DNA from: an uncultured Gammaproteobacteria bacterium
GTDB taxonomy: Bacteria; Pseudomonadota; Gammaproteobacteria; DRLM01
Length of the DNA: 64,000 nucleotides
Assembly (NCBI GenBank): GCA_963729605.1
Contig: CAVSNY010000003.1
Location: 256,001 to 320,000, forward strand
Direction of reading: 5' to 3'
A program made the position numbers and the translations under genes. The first letter of the stretch is position 1, and every line of letters begins with the position of its first letter. The notes beneath the pieces were generated by a model. The model was given only the letters and a program-made list of their open reading frames with translations, was not told where the DNA came from and searched no databases. Of the stretch, positions 30,044 to 43,056 are shown piece by piece.

Positions 30044-30993
30044 TGTTGCACCTCACCTCCTGCGCAAGCGATTTGGCCGTCGCCGTGGACCTGCTGCGAG
30101 CAGGCGAACTGGTGGCCTTGCCTACCGAGACCGTCTACGGGCTGGCTGCCGACGCGACCAATGCCGACGCTGTGCACGCCATCTTTCATGCCAAAGGCCG
30201 CCCCGCCGATCATCCTCTGATCGTGCATATCGCCGCGGCCGAACAACTGCCGGTCTGGGCCGACGAGGTCCCGGAGGCGGCCTGGCGGCTGGCTTCTGCG
30301 TTCTGGCCTGGGCCGCTGACATTGGTGCTGCCTGCGGCGCCGGCCGTCTCGCCGCTGTTGACGGGAGGCCAGACAACGATCGCGCTGCGTGTGCCGGCCC
30401 ATCCGGTGTTTCAGGCCGTGTTGCGGCAGTTCGGCCGAGGCTTGGCCGCACCATCCGCAAATCCCTTTGGTCGCATCAGCCCGACCACCGCGACGCATGT
30501 GCAGTGCCACTTGGCCGGAAGGATCGCGGCGGTTGTCGATGGCGGCCCATGCCCGGTCGGTATCGAATCCACCATCGTGGATCTCAGCGGCGACCAGCCC
30601 CGCATTTTGCGGCCTGGTATGATCGCCGTCGAGGCCGTCGCGCAGCATCTGCCTCGAATCGCCACCACTGGAGCCCCTGCGCCGCGCGTACCGGGTACGC
30701 TGGCCTCGCATTACGCGCCACGCAAGCCGTGCTTCAGGATTCCGATCGATCTGCACAAGGAACCGTTCTCGGGTCAGCGTCTGGGACTGCTTGCGACTCG
30801 TCCCGTCAACTGGCCGGTGGCGAGATTCTGGCCGATGCCAGCGTACCCTGAAGACTACGCGCGTGTGCTGTATTCGACACTGCACCAAGCCGATGCCAGT
30901 GACCGCGACGTCCTGCTGATCGCACTGCCACCAGACGAACCGTCATGGGTGACCATACAGGACCGGATCCGCCGCGCGACGCGATCTCTTTAG
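30028..30993 (+). CDS. Threonylcarbamoyl-AMP synthase (Sua5/TsaC2 type)
   Basis: PTETVYGLAAD, KGRPADHPLIVH, FWPGPLT, APSANPFG, GIESTIVD and PG.LASHYAP motifs. Confidence 0.92.
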   Translation: MSRSMMLHLTSCASDLAVAVDLLRAGELVALPTETVYGLAADATNADAVHAIFHAKGRPADHPLIVHIAAAEQLPVWADEVPEAAWRLASAFWPGPLTLVLPAAPAVSPLLTGGQTTIALRVPAHPVFQAVLRQFGRGLAAPSANPFGRISPTTATHVQCHLAGRIAAVVDGGPCPVGIESTIVDLSGDQPRILRPGMIAVEAVAQHLPRIATTGAPAPRVPGTLASHYAPRKPCFRIPIDLHKEPFSGQRLGLLATRPVNWPVARFWPMPAYPEDYARVLYSTLHQADASDRDVLLIALPPDEPSWVTIQDRIRRATRSL

Positions 30994-31110
30994 CAGACAG
31001 TGGCAGTTGCAGCTTGGCGGAACGCCGCCGCGATGCAGTGCGGAAGCGAGTAGCTCACGGGGCTGGGGCACGCGGCCGGGGGACGGCGCGGACGCCAATC
31101 TGGGGCAAGT

Positions 31111-31563
31111 CGGTCGTGTCGCCCGGCGTGGTGTAGGTTCTAGAGTGGTCATCGGCGGCACCTGGCTTAGGTTTGGGTTTCGACGACCAACCTGAACACA
31201 AGGAACCACCGATGACCGACGAGATGATGAACCTGCAGGCGCTTCTGGAGAAGAGCCCGCGATGTGTCGCGGCCCTCAGGAAACGATACGCACGTCCGTG
31301 TGCGAATCGACCTCGGTCTCGCGACGTTGATTCCTTTCGCCCCGGACGCCCTGCGTCCGCCACGACACGCTACTACGCAGCGCGTCATGGCTACCACACT
31401 GGCTGACCCCGCGTCGCGGCTAAAGTCCGGCTGTCTCACTCTTGCTGGACCGCGGGCTCCTCCCCCTCGCTTCGCTCTCCTTGGCTCGTCGAACGCCGAT
31501 CTGCTACGCGAGATGATTGGTTTTGCCAGCCAGAGGCTGATGGAGCTGGAAGTGGGCGCGCTG
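31111..31563 (+). mobile_element. IS256-family left end and truncated transposase, interrupted by repeat copy 2
   Basis: End-like GGTCGTGTCGCCCGGCGTGGTGTAG; MTDEMMNLQALLEKSP[insert]NADLLREMIGFASQRLMELEVGAL is typical of an IS256 N-terminus. Confidence 0.75.
31260..31491 (-). repeat. Structured non-coding repeat, MITE-like (copy 2, 232 bp)
   Basis: Inverted copy of 15500-15704 carrying an extra 27 bp. Confidence 0.85.
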
Positions 31564-32152
31564 AACATCGGGACATGGCGGCAAGGATTCGTGCCGTCAG
31601 GCCGATAGCCCCACACCTCGGCCAAGTTGAACATCTTGCGCAGGATGCTGAACGCCTTGTTCGCCTCGGTCTGCTTGTACGAAAGTTTTTCCATCAGTCC
31701 GGCAACATCGGGCCGCTTCACGTCGTGAACCTTCTTGCGGCCCAGCAGCGGGATGATGCAGCGGTCGATGACGCCTTGATAGCCGAGTTGGGTGCTGGGC
31801 TTGTTGCGCTTCTTGGAGTAGTCCTCCATGAATTTCTTGCACAACTCCGCAACAGTGGGCGCCTTGCGCGCCTCGGTCTTGGCGGCACCAGGATCGCCGC
31901 CTCGGCGAACCTCAGCCAGCCAGTTCTGCGCCAGCGAGCGGGCCTGTTCGACGGTCAGTTCTCCGTACATGCCCAACGCCGGCTTGCGCCGCTCGCCGGC
32001 ATTCGTCCGGTACTGGAGCATGAAGACCTTGCGGCCGGCCGGTGTAAAATCTTGCACAGGAAGCCGGGAACAAGCGTGTCACGCAGCTCGATGGGCTGCG
32101 CCTGGGGTTTTGCCGCATCGACTGCGGACTTGGTGAGTTTGATCTTAGCCAT
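31561..32152 (-). pseudogene. Tyrosine integrase of Tn4371-type ICE, frameshifted and lacking the catalytic domain
   Basis: MAKIKLTKSAVDAA..RDTLVPGFLCKI / TPAGRKVFMLQYRTNAGERRKP..MFNLAEVWGYRPDGTNPCRHVPMF; frameshift near 32047. Confidence 0.8.
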
Positions 32153-32329
32153 GATGACTCCTCGGAAAGACGCGGTTTCCAGGAGCCTGTTAGGAGCCAA
32201 GCGGACGGAAGCCGGGTCAAGTTTCGGAAAGCACCGGCATAGGATGAACTCACGTAAGTTCTTGATAAACATGCCACAACGGGCTGTGGCGTAGTCCAGC
32301 GAAGTTCGGTGCTGGAGTCATGCTGAAAC

Positions 32330-32764
32330 AAAAAAAGCCGTGCGAAAGCGCAGGCGCTCGGGCGCTCCCGCGGTGGGTTTTCGACAAAAGTCCATGCCTT
32401 AACGGATGCGTTGGGATATCCGATCAAATATATCCTGACAGGTGGGCAGGAGCCGGACATTGGCCAAGCAGGGAATTTGCTTATCGGAATACAAGCGGGA
32501 GCCTTGCTGGCCGACAAAGGCTACGATGCCGATGCGCTGCTGGAGACCCTGAAGGAAAGTAGTATGGATGCGGTCATTCCGCCCAAAGCCAATCGCACGG
32601 TACAGCGTCCCTGTGACTGGTATTTATACAAGGAGCGCCACTTGATTGAGTGTTTTTTCGGCAAGATCAAACACTATCGCCGGATCTTTTCACGCTATGA
32701 GAAATTGGCGGCGAACTACCTGAGCTTTTTGTCTTTCGTCGCTGCGCTTATTTGGCTTCGGTAA
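32330..32764 (+). pseudogene. IS5-family transposase, C-terminal part (DDE region)
   Basis: A7G slippery run, then QALGRSRGGFSTKVHALTDALG..LADKGYDAD..IPPKANR..YKERHLIECFFGKIKHYRRIFSRYEK. Confidence 0.85.
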
Positions 32765-32820
32765 ATGTCAACAGAACCTAGACGGCCGGCCAGGAATGGC
32801 TCTCACTTGGACCGGTACCT

Positions 32821-34218
<1,398 letters not shown>

Positions 34219-34363
34219 TTATACCCGAGGTCATTCCGATTGATTCATATTGCATCGCCAATCCGCCAAGAATGCGGAGACATTCTATTATCGGGTAAGA
34301 CGCTTTAATTCCTGGCCTGCTTGGCGCCTAAGTAATCTTAATAAATGAATCGAGCCGGTGTGT

Positions 34364-34999
34364 TTAACCCGGGCCGACCTCCGCCAGCAGCTGTTGCGCG
34401 GCGCTGAGAATATGGCGGCGGCCGAAGAATAATTGCCAGCGGCTGCCGCCGCACTGCCGCCACAGCACCGTGGAACGGATGGCGGCGAGCAACAGGGTAC
34501 GCACCTTGTTGGCGTTGTCGGGATTGGACAAATGACCTTGAGCGCCGGCGACGATGATGCGCGGCGTCAGGGTGCTGATCGTGTCGACATAACAGGCGGC
34601 GAGGCTGGCGATGATATTTTCGTGGGTGATGTCGAAGTGGACGCTTTGCCCGCGCGCCTTTTCAACACCGGCGCTGATCTGCTGCAACATGGCCGGCCGT
34701 TTTATCAGTTGGCGTTCCAGGTGCAGCACATTGACCACGTATTTCACCACCTCGAGATTTTGCGGCGAACGGGGATCGCCGATTTGTTTGATGAGCAACT
34801 CCAGGCCGTAACGCACGCCCGCGACGCCGCCGTATACCGCTTCGGTATTGGCCGGATTGGTTGCGAAGAGGCTGTGCACGCAGACCGCGAAGGCGTCTTG
34901 CCTCACTTTGCCCTCGTGGGCCAGGTCACGCACCAGGCCGGTGGCTTGAAAGATGCCGGCCAAGGCCAGGGTTTGTTCGTTGGTACTGCGCTGGATCAT
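34364..34999 (-). CDS. hflD: High-frequency lysogenization protein HflD
   Basis: ALAGIFQA, TISTLTPRIIV.G, R.LLLAAIRS.VLWRQ.GG.RWQL; purB-hflD-mnmA synteny. Confidence 0.92.
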   Translation of the reverse strand: MIQRSTNEQTLALAGIFQATGLVRDLAHEGKVRQDAFAVCVHSLFATNPANTEAVYGGVAGVRYGLELLIKQIGDPRSPQNLEVVKYVVNVLHLERQLIKRPAMLQQISAGVEKARGQSVHFDITHENIIASLAACYVDTISTLTPRIIVAGAQGHLSNPDNANKVRTLLLAAIRSTVLWRQCGGSRWQLFFGRRHILSAAQQLLAEVGPG

Positions 35000-35048
35000 G
35001 ATAAATAGTCGTTTCGTGATGAGTGATGATGGAATGAATCGCGTCGGT

Positions 35049-36170
35049 TTAACGAAGTAATTCGTCGATGACGCCGCCACCCAGGCAGACCTCGCCTTGA
35101 TAAAACACCACGGATTGCCCCGGGGTGACCGCGCGCTGCGGGTGAGCGAAAATCACTCGGTAGCGGCCGTCGTCGTCGCGGCAAACCGTGCAGGTTTGAT
35201 CGGGTTGACGATAACGGGTCTTGGCCTGGCATTGCAGCGGCAGACTCGGCGGTTCGCCCGCCACCCAATGCAGGCCGTTCGCCAGCAAACCCCGGCTGAA
35301 CAATAAGGGATGATCGTGTCCCTGCACGACGATCAGCGTATTGGACGCCAGTTGTTTGTCCACCACGTACCATGGCGAATCGTCCGCGTCGCGCCGCCCG
35401 CCGATGCCCAAGCCCTTGCGCTGGCCGAGTGTGTAATGCATCAAACCGTGGTGTGCGCCCAAATATATACCGTCCGGGTCGCGGATGTCGCCGGTCTGCG
35501 CGGGCAGATAGCGCGATAAAAACCGGCTGAAATCGCGTTCGCCGATGAAGCAAATGCCGGTGCTGTCTTTTTTGGCGGCATTATGGAAACCGGCCTCGGC
35601 GGCGATGCGGCGCACCTCGGATTTTTGCAGTTCGCCCACGGGAAACAAGGTGCGCGCCAGCTGTTCCTGTCCCAAGGTATACAGAAAATAGGTTTGATCC
35701 TTACCGGCGTCGCGCGCCTTGAGCAGTTGATAACGGCCGGCCGTTTCGCGCACCCGCGCGTAATGGCCGGTGGCGATATAATCCGCGCCTTGGTCCAACG
35801 CGTGCTGGAGGAAGGCCTTGAACTTGATTTCCTTGTTGCAGAGGATGTCGGGGTTCGGCGTGCGGCCGCGGCGGTGTTCGGCCAGAAAATATTCGAAGAC
35901 CCGTTCCCAGTATTCGCGGACGAAATCGATGGCGTCGAGTTCGAGGCCGAGTCGCTCGCAGACGTTCCAGGCGTCGCGTGCATCGTCAGTGGCGGTGCAG
36001 GGGAAACTGGGGTCGGTCTCTTCCCAGTTTTTCATGAATACGCCGCTGACGCGATACCCCCGACGTTGCAGCAACAAGGCCGCTACCGAGGAATCCACGC
36101 CGCCGGACATGCCGGTGATGACGCGGGGGGCGGCGTGCTGCGAGGCGGAATGGAGTTGGCTTTCGGTCAT
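35049..36170 (-). CDS. mnmA: tRNA 2-thiouridylase
   Basis: [34 protein letters not shown] and [12 protein letters not shown] motifs. Confidence 0.97.
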   Translation of the reverse strand: MTESQLHSASQHAAPRVITGMSGGVDSSVAALLLQRRGYRVSGVFMKNWEETDPSFPCTATDDARDAWNVCERLGLELDAIDFVREYWERVFEYFLAEHRRGRTPNPDILCNKEIKFKAFLQHALDQGADYIATGHYARVRETAGRYQLLKARDAGKDQTYFLYTLGQEQLARTLFPVGELQKSEVRRIAAEAGFHNAAKKDSTGICFIGERDFSRFLSRYLPAQTGDIRDPDGIYLGAHHGLMHYTLGQRKGLGIGGRRDADDSPWYVVDKQLASNTLIVVQGHDHPLLFSRGLLANGLHWVAGEPPSLPLQCQAKTRYRQPDQTCTVCRDDDGRYRVIFAHPQRAVTPGQSVVFYQGEVCLGGGVIDELLR

Positions 36171-36230
36171 TCGTCTATGTCATCGAATCGCGGGCGGCGG
36201 CAAGGGTTCGGCGCGGTGCTGCTGGGGCGT

Positions 36231-36686
36231 TTAAACGGTGTTGGGCACGTCCGCGTAAAGGTCCAGCGGATAACGGCGGCCGGCCAGATAATCGTCGACG
36301 CAGCGTAAAACCAAGGGACTGCGCAATTGGCCGCCGATTTCCAGCATTTCCGGCCGGGTCAGCCACCAGGTGCGGACGATGCCGGAATCGAGGGGTTGAG
36401 CCGGATCGTGGTCGAAACATTCGCCGGTGAAACAAAATCGCAGATAGGTATCGCCGTTGGCCGGATGGACCCAGCGGTAGACACCCAGCAGTGCGATGGG
36501 GCGAAAACCCCAGCCGGTTTCCTCGCGGGTTTCCCGCACCACCGCGTCGAGGATGCTTTCCCCCGCCTCGACATGGCCGGCCGGCTGGTTATAGACCACG
36601 CGTTCCCCGCTGAGCTCCTCGACCAGAAGATAACGGCCCTCGTTTTCAATGACGGCGGCGACGGTAACGTGAGGTGTCCAAATCAT
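36231..36686 (-). CDS. nudJ: Nudix hydrolase NudJ
   Basis: PHVTVA, NQPAGHVE.GES..RETREETG and LRSPLV motifs; synteny. Confidence 0.85.
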   Translation of the reverse strand: MIWTPHVTVAAVIENEGRYLLVEELSGERVVYNQPAGHVEAGESILDAVVRETREETGWGFRPIALLGVYRWVHPANGDTYLRFCFTGECFDHDPAQPLDSGIVRTWWLTRPEMLEIGGQLRSPLVLRCVDDYLAGRRYPLDLYADVPNTV

Positions 36687-36713
36687 GGCGAAACTATAAC
36701 ACAATCAGGTAGC

Positions 36714-37289
36714 TCATTCAGCGCGGGAACGCGGTCGGAACGGGGGCAGGACGTACTCCAGTTCGCGCCATTCGCCCGGTTGCAGATCGCCGAGTTGCCA
36801 GGGACCGACGGCATGCCGTACCAGGCGCAAGGTCGGATGGCCGACCGCGGCGGTCATGCGCCGCACCTGGCGATTGCGGCCCTCGCGCAGGCTGATGTCC
36901 AGCCAGGTGGTGGGGATGGCGGCGCGAAAACGGATGGGCGGGGTGCGCGGCCACAGCGCCGGCTCGGTGATGGCGCGCGCCTCGGCAGGCGCGGTCGGTC
37001 CGTCGTTGAGCGATACGCCGTTTCGCAATTGTGCCAGCGCTGCGGCGGAAGGCAGGCCTTCGACCTGCACCCAATAACGTTTGTCGAGTTTGTGGCGGGG
37101 ATCGCTGATGCGGTGCTGGGTGGGGCCGTCATCGGTGAGCACGACCAGCCCTTCGCTGTCGCGATCGAGCCGGCCGGCGGCGTAAACATTCTTCACCGGA
37201 ATAAAATCCGCGAGGGTCCGGCGGCCGCCGCCGTCGGTGAACTGGCAGAGCACGTCGTAGGGTTTGTTGAACAATAGAATCTTTGCCAT
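36714..37289 (-). CDS. rluE: 23S rRNA pseudouridine synthase E
   Basis: [23 protein letters not shown] and [12 protein letters not shown] motifs. Confidence 0.9.
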   Translation of the reverse strand: MAKILLFNKPYDVLCQFTDGGGRRTLADFIPVKNVYAAGRLDRDSEGLVVLTDDGPTQHRISDPRHKLDKRYWVQVEGLPSAAALAQLRNGVSLNDGPTAPAEARAITEPALWPRTPPIRFRAAIPTTWLDISLREGRNRQVRRMTAAVGHPTLRLVRHAVGPWQLGDLQPGEWRELEYVLPPFRPRSRAE

Positions 37290-37368
37290 GTGTTTTGAGT
37301 TAGCGGCGTCGCGAAACGAACTGCTACAATGCGGCCTTTGTGATTTGTGCCATTTCCAGGAGTCGTCG

Positions 37369-38625
37369 ATGTCCTACGAAAAAATCAAAGTGCCCTCTAA
37401 TGGGGCGGCTATCCTTGCCCAGGCCAATGGCGCATTGCAAGTGCCCGACCGGCCCATTATCCCCTTTATCGAGGGCGACGGCATCGGCGTGGACGTGACT
37501 CCGGTGATGCACGCAGTGGTGGATGCCGCGCTGGCCAAGGCCTACGGGCAGAAGCGGTCGATCGCCTGGATGGAAATCTACGCCGGCGAAAAGGCCACCA
37601 AGATCTACGGCCAGGACGTGTGGCTGCCGGCGGAGACACTGACCGCGCTGCGCGAATTTTCCGTGGGCATCAAAGGGCCGCTCACCACGCCGGTGGGCGG
37701 CGGCATCCGCTCGCTGAACGTCGCGCTGCGCCAGGACCTCGATCTTTATCTCTGCTTGCGGCCGGTGCGTTACTACCCCGGCACGCCGAGCCCGGTGAAG
37801 GCGCCGGAAAAGGTCGATATGGTGATTTTCCGCGAGAATTCGGAGGATATATACGCCGGCATCGAATGGGCCGCGGAAACACCCGAGGCCAAGAAGCTCA
37901 TCGAGTTCCTGCAAAAAGAGATGGGCGTGAAAAAGATCCGTTTCCCGGCGACCTCCGGCATCGGCATCAAGCCGGTGTCGCGCGAGGGCACGCAACGGCT
38001 GGTGCGCAAGGCCATCCAATACGCCATCGACAACAACCGTAAATCGATTACCCTGGTGCACAAGGGCAATATCATGAAGTTCACCGAGGGTGCCTTCAAG
38101 AATTGGGGATACGAACTCGCGAAGCAGGAATTTGGCGCGGTCGAGATCGACAAAGGTCCCTGGTGCAAAATCAAAAATCCCAACACCGGTGCGGACATCC
38201 TCATCAAGGACAGCATCGCCGATGCCTTTTTGCAAGAAATCCTGCTGCGTCCCAGCGAATTCGACGTGATCGCCACCCTCAATCTCAACGGCGATTACAT
38301 CTCCGATGCGCTGGCGGCGCAGGTGGGAGGTATCGGCATCGCCCCCGGCGCGAATCTCTCCGACACCATCGGCCTGTTCGAGGCCACTCATGGCACCGCG
38401 CCCAAATACGCGGGTAAGGATATGGTCAACCCCAGTTCGCTGATCCTGTCGGCCGAGATGATGCTGCGTCACCTGGGTTGGACCGAGGCGGCGGATTTGA
38501 TCGTCAAAGGGGTGGGCGGGGCGATTGCGGCCGGCACCGTCACATATGATCTGGCCCGGCTCATGTCCGGCGCGACTGAACTGAGTTGTTCAGATTTTGG
38601 GCGGGCGGTGATAGGAAGAATGTGA
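37369..38625 (+). CDS. icd: NADP-dependent isocitrate dehydrogenase
   Basis: [40 protein letters not shown] and EATHGTAP motifs. Confidence 0.97.
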   Translation: MSYEKIKVPSNGAAILAQANGALQVPDRPIIPFIEGDGIGVDVTPVMHAVVDAALAKAYGQKRSIAWMEIYAGEKATKIYGQDVWLPAETLTALREFSVGIKGPLTTPVGGGIRSLNVALRQDLDLYLCLRPVRYYPGTPSPVKAPEKVDMVIFRENSEDIYAGIEWAAETPEAKKLIEFLQKEMGVKKIRFPATSGIGIKPVSREGTQRLVRKAIQYAIDNNRKSITLVHKGNIMKFTEGAFKNWGYELAKQEFGAVEIDKGPWCKIKNPNTGADILIKDSIADAFLQEILLRPSEFDVIATLNLNGDYISDALAAQVGGIGIAPGANLSDTIGLFEATHGTAPKYAGKDMVNPSSLILSAEMMLRHLGWTEAADLIVKGVGGAIAAGTVTYDLARLMSGATELSCSDFGRAVIGRM

Positions 38626-38639
38626 CGCTAAGCACTTCG

Positions 38640-38661
38640 CTGCGGGCTGAAAGGCCCGCAG
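38640..38661. terminator. Hairpin between convergent icd and cspD
   Basis: CTGCGGGC-TGAAAG-GCCCGCAG; no U tail. Confidence 0.45.
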
Positions 38662-38687
38662 GGTCAGCGCAGTGATACTAAAAAGGC

Positions 38688-38933
38688 CTAGTTGATGGTG
38701 TCGGTGTTCGTCTCGGCTCCGATCAGAGCCGGGCGAATGCTCGCCGCCATCCAGCCTTTGGGTCCCTGTTGGATTTGAAATTCGACCTTCTGTCCTTGTT
38801 TGAGGGTACGGTAGCCTTCCATTTCGATGGCGGAAAAATGGGCAAATACCTCTTCGCCCCCTTCATCAGGCAGAATGAACCCATACCCCTTGGCGTTGCT
38901 AAACCACTTTACTATTCCAGTAGCGGTTTTCAT
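38688..38933 (-). CDS. cspD: Cold-shock domain protein CspD
   Basis: GIVKWFSNAKGYGFI..FAHFSAI.MEGYRTLK.GQ; divergent from clpS. Confidence 0.88.
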   Translation of the reverse strand: MKTATGIVKWFSNAKGYGFILPDEGGEEVFAHFSAIEMEGYRTLKQGQKVEFQIQQGPKGWMAASIRPALIGAETNTDTIN

Positions 38934-39203
38934 CTTATAACATCTCCGCAATATTGCGGCTAAGGCCGCTTATTTCATTGCCAGAGATCCGTGGTACAGC
39001 TTGGACCTCGATCCCCGCTCGTAACCGCATGAGCATCTTGAACTTAAGCATAGACACTCTCATCTAACTCAGTATCATTGTCAAGTATGGGGTTAGAAGT
39101 TATGAAGGCGCTGGCTACTGGCGCCGGATGTCCCGAGTGGTTGGCTTATGTATACACTCAAGGGATTCCTAAATTCGTTCGTTATATTGAGTAGGCATGA
39201 CAT

Positions 39204-39524
39204 ATGAGTGTACGGCGTGACCCGATCCCCGGCGACGGGGTGGCCACCAAAGAGGCAAAACCGGAGTTGAAGCAGCCGCCTTTGTATAAGGTGGTGATAT
39301 TGAATGACGACTACACCCCCATGGATTTCGTGGTGGAGGTTTTGCAAAAGTTCTTCGGCATGGACCAGGAGAAGGCGACACAGATCATGTTACATGTACA
39401 CACGCGAGGTGCGGGAGTCTGTGGTGTTTATACCCGTGACGTGGCGGAAACCAAGGTCCATCAGGTCAACCGTTACGCTCGTGAGAATCAGCACCCTTTG
39501 ATGTGTACGATGGAGCAGACGTAA
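39204..39524 (+). CDS. clpS: Clp protease adaptor ClpS
   Basis: [27 protein letters not shown] motifs. Confidence 0.96.
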   Translation: MSVRRDPIPGDGVATKEAKPELKQPPLYKVVILNDDYTPMDFVVEVLQKFFGMDQEKATQIMLHVHTRGAGVCGVYTRDVAETKVHQVNRYARENQHPLMCTMEQT

Positions 39525-39552
39525 TGCGACGTAAGGAAGTAGAGGTAACGGT

Positions 39553-41832
39553 ATGTTAAGTCAAGATTTGGAAAGTACGCTTAACTCAGTGTTTCGTGAG
39601 GCGCGTGATCGCCTGCACGAATTCGTCACTGTGGAGCACCTGTTGTTGGCGCTGCTCACCAATACCGTTGCTACCAAAGTCCTTCAGGCCTGTGGCTCGG
39701 ACATTGAGCAGTTGAAGAAAGAACTGAACCGGTTTATCGAAGAGACTACCCCCCATCTCGCCCCGGATGACGGGCGGGAGATCCAGCCGACCCTGGGATT
39801 TCAAAGAGTGTTGCAACGGGCGGTTTTTCATGTGCAATCCTCGGGCAAAAAAGAGGTGACCGGGGCCAATGTGCTGGTGGCCATCTACAGTGAACAAGAC
39901 TCCCAGGCCGTCTTCCTGCTCAACCGGCAAAACGTCAGCCGCCTCGACATAGTGAATTACATTTCCCATGGCATTTCCAAGATCCATGGTGAGGAAGACG
40001 ACGCGGATCATCTGTCGTCCTCAAACAATGACGAAGAGATGGGTGAGGCGCCGGCCAAGACCCCATTGGAAAATTTTGCAACCAACCTCAATGAGTTGGC
40101 TAAACAAGATAAGATTGATCCTTTAATTGGTCGTCAGGACGAAATCCTGAGGACCGTGCAGATATTGTGTCGTCGCCGGAAAAATAATCCGCTCTTTGTC
40201 GGTGAAGCCGGTGTGGGCAAGACCGCGCTCGCCGAAGGCTTGGCCAAGATGATCGTAGACGGCAAAGTACCGTCGGTCATCGCCGACAGTACGGTTTACT
40301 CTTTGGATTTGGGCGCGCTGCTGGCGGGCACCAAATACCGTGGCGATTTTGAAAAACGCTTGAAGGCGGTGCTGGCCCAGTTGGCGCGGGAGCCGGGCAG
40401 CATCCTGTTCATCGACGAGATTCACACCATCATCGGCGCCGGGGCGGCCTCGGGCGGCGTGATGGACGCCTCCAATTTGATCAAACCGGCGCTTACCTCG
40501 GGCCGGATGCGCTGCATCGGTTCCACCACCTATCAGGAATACCGCGGCATCTTTGAAAAAGACCGGGCGCTGGCCCGCCGTTTTCAAAAGATCGACGTCG
40601 ATGAACCCTCGGTGGCGGATACGGTGGAAATTCTGCGCGGCCTCAAATCTCGTTTCGAGAAACATCACGGCGTGAAATACGCGCGCGGCGCTTTGCAGGC
40701 GGCGGCCGAGCTGTCGGCCCGCTATATCAATGAACGGCATTTGCCCGATAAGGCCATCGACGTCATCGACGAGGCGGGGGCCACCCAGCAACTTCTTGCG
40801 CCCTCCAAGCGCAAAAAGATCATCGGCGTCACCGAGGTGGAAAACGTGGTGGCGAAGATGGCGCGCATCCCGCCCAAGAGCGTGTCCGCTTCCGACAAAG
40901 AATCGCTGCGCAATCTGGAACGCGATCTCAAACTGATGGTGTACGGCCAGGACGAGGCCATCGACGCGCTTGCCACCGCCATCAAAATGGCCCGCTCGGG
41001 TTTGGGACACGCGCAAAAACCGGTGGGCTCCTTCCTGTTCGCCGGCCCCACCGGTGTGGGCAAAACCGAGGTCTCGCGGCAATTGGCCAAGGTCCTCGGT
41101 ATCGAACTCATACGTTTCGATATGTCGGAATACATGGAGCGCCACACCGTTTCACGTTTGATCGGCGCGCCGCCCGGTTATGTCGGTTTTGATCAAGGCG
41201 GTTTGTTGACCGAGGCCGTCACCAAACATCCCCATGCGGTTTTGCTGCTGGACGAGATCGAAAAGGCCCATCCGGATGTGTACAACCTGTTATTGCAGGT
41301 GATGGACCACGGCACCCTCACCGACAACAACGGGCGCAAGGCCGACTTCCGCAATGTGATCGTGATCATGACCACCAACGCCGGCAGCGAACAAAGCAGT
41401 CGTCGCTCCATGGGTTTTACCCATCAAGATCATTCCAGCGACAGCATGGAAGTCATCAAGAAGGCCTTTACCCCGGAGTTTCGCAATCGCTTGGACGGCA
41501 TCATCCAGTTCCATCAATTGGACGAGACTACCGTGAGCCATGTGGTGGACAAGTTCATCGCCGAATTGGAGGCCCAGCTCGAAGAGAAGCAAGTCACTCT
41601 GGAGGTGGACGATGCGGCGCGCCGCTGGCTGGCTAAACACGGGTTTGATCCGCAGATGGGCGCCCGGCCGATGGCCCGGGTAATCCAGGAACAGATCAAA
41701 AAACCCTTGGCGGGCGAATTGCTGTTCGGCAAGCTCACCACCGGCGGTCATGTCTCCATCTCCGCGCAGGGCGATCAGCTCACCTTTGCATACGAAACCA
41801 GTGAAGTGGCACGGGTGCCGGAGCAAGTTTGA
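39553..41832 (+). CDS. clpA: ATP-dependent Clp protease ATPase subunit ClpA
   Basis: Two Walker A motifs ([16 protein letters not shown]), [13 protein letters not shown] and [10 protein letters not shown]. Confidence 0.97.
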   Translation: MLSQDLESTLNSVFREARDRLHEFVTVEHLLLALLTNTVATKVLQACGSDIEQLKKELNRFIEETTPHLAPDDGREIQPTLGFQRVLQRAVFHVQSSGKKEVTGANVLVAIYSEQDSQAVFLLNRQNVSRLDIVNYISHGISKIHGEEDDADHLSSSNNDEEMGEAPAKTPLENFATNLNELAKQDKIDPLIGRQDEILRTVQILCRRRKNNPLFVGEAGVGKTALAEGLAKMIVDGKVPSVIADSTVYSLDLGALLAGTKYRGDFEKRLKAVLAQLAREPGSILFIDEIHTIIGAGAASGGVMDASNLIKPALTSGRMRCIGSTTYQEYRGIFEKDRALARRFQKIDVDEPSVADTVEILRGLKSRFEKHHGVKYARGALQAAAELSARYINERHLPDKAIDVIDEAGATQQLLAPSKRKKIIGVTEVENVVAKMARIPPKSVSASDKESLRNLERDLKLMVYGQDEAIDALATAIKMARSGLGHAQKPVGSFLFAGPTGVGKTEVSRQLAKVLGIELIRFDMSEYMERHTVSRLIGAPPGYVGFDQGGLLTEAVTKHPHAVLLLDEIEKAHPDVYNLLLQVMDHGTLTDNNGRKADFRNVIVIMTTNAGSEQSSRRSMGFTHQDHSSDSMEVIKKAFTPEFRNRLDGIIQFHQLDETTVSHVVDKFIAELEAQLEEKQVTLEVDDAARRWLAKHGFDPQMGARPMARVIQEQIKKPLAGELLFGKLTTGGHVSISAQGDQLTFAYETSEVARVPEQV

Positions 41833-41846
41833 GTCATCCGAGATAT

Positions 41847-41884
41847 GGCACTGCGCCGCACCGTGAGAGGCGCGGTACAGTGCC
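41847..41884. terminator. Hairpin between convergent clpA and infA
   Basis: GGCACTG..CCGC / GCGG..CAGTGCC imperfect stem. Confidence 0.4.
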
Positions 41885-41935
41885 TCTCATAAGATCGACG
41901 CGTGGCGGGCGCAAATAGAAACTGGATGAAATATC

Positions 41936-42154
41936 TCAACGGGCGCGGAAACTGATGCGTCCCTTGCTGAGATCGTAGGGGGTCAACTGTACGGTTACCT
42001 TATCGCCGGTCAATATCCGGATATAGTGTTTGCGCATCTTGCCCGAAATGTGGGCAGTCACCACATGGCCGTTGTCCAGCTGGACACGGAACATGGTGTT
42101 GGGCAGGGTTTCGATGACAGTCCCTTCCATCTCGATATGGTCTTCTTTCGCCAT
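41936..42154 (-). CDS. infA: Translation initiation factor IF-1
   Basis: [30 protein letters not shown]. Confidence 0.97.
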   Translation of the reverse strand: MAKEDHIEMEGTVIETLPNTMFRVQLDNGHVVTAHISGKMRKHYIRILTGDKVTVQLTPYDLSKGRISFRAR

Positions 42155-42321
42155 ACGGCAACCGCTCTCCATTAATTCAACGGGGTGATTTGCCCAAGGA
42201 GATCCCCTGGGGCTGTTAATTTAGAAGGCGCATATTGCCCGAACTGGGGGAATTTTTCAAAGGCGGGTGATCGGGAGCAAGCGGGCGATCGGCGCGAACC
42301 GGCTAAAACACACCGTTAATT

Positions 42322-43056
42322 TCAAGGTAAGTAGGGCTGCCAGCGTCCTTGCCGCAAGATTTCCATGGGCCGGAATTGATTCTTGTAAGCCATTTTCCGG
42401 CATTGTTCGACCCAATAACCGAGATAAAGCCAGGGCAGCCCCAGCCGCCGGCATTCTTGAATTTGCCACAACACGGCGAAATTGCCCATGCTGCGCTGGG
42501 CCTGGTCCGGGTCGAAGTAGGTATACACCGCGGACCAGCCTTGTTGAAGTTGGTCGATCACCGCCACGGCCAGCAGATTTTCCTGATCGCGGATTTCCGC
42601 GCACCAGGTGTCGCTCCACGGGCTGATGAAGAAGGAGGCGTATTGGGCCGGATCATTCACGTCCATGCCGCCGCCCGGATGACGGGCCGCGATGTAGCGG
42701 CGATAAAGGCTAAAGTGCGCGGCGTCGTAACGGGCGGGCAGCAGGCGGACCCGCAGGTCTTGGTTGCGTTGCCAGATCCGGCGTTGACGGCGGGACGGGA
42801 CAAAAGCGTCCACGGGGATGCGCACCGGCACGCAGGCGTCGCATTGACGGCAGCGCGGCCGGTACACCAGATCGCCGCTGCGGCGGAATCCCAGATCCAC
42901 CAGTTCGCTGTAAATAGCCGGACTCATGGCCAGGGCGGGGTCCACGAACTGGGTTGAGGCGACTTCCGCCGGCAGATAACCACACACATGGGGGGCGCCC
43001 GCATATAACTTCAGGGTGCGCTGTGGCGGATGAGGTTTGCCCGGATTTTTATTCAC
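42322..43056 (-). CDS. ate: Arginyl-tRNA protein transferase family (Ate/Bpt)
   Basis: H.CGYLP, GFRRSG..YRPRC..C.AC, AVYTYFDPD and YLGYWV..C.KM.YK motifs. Confidence 0.9.
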   Translation of the reverse strand: MNKNPGKPHPPQRTLKLYAGAPHVCGYLPAEVASTQFVDPALAMSPAIYSELVDLGFRRSGDLVYRPRCRQCDACVPVRIPVDAFVPSRRQRRIWQRNQDLRVRLLPARYDAAHFSLYRRYIAARHPGGGMDVNDPAQYASFFISPWSDTWCAEIRDQENLLAVAVIDQLQQGWSAVYTYFDPDQAQRSMGNFAVLWQIQECRRLGLPWLYLGYWVEQCRKMAYKNQFRPMEILRQGRWQPYLP

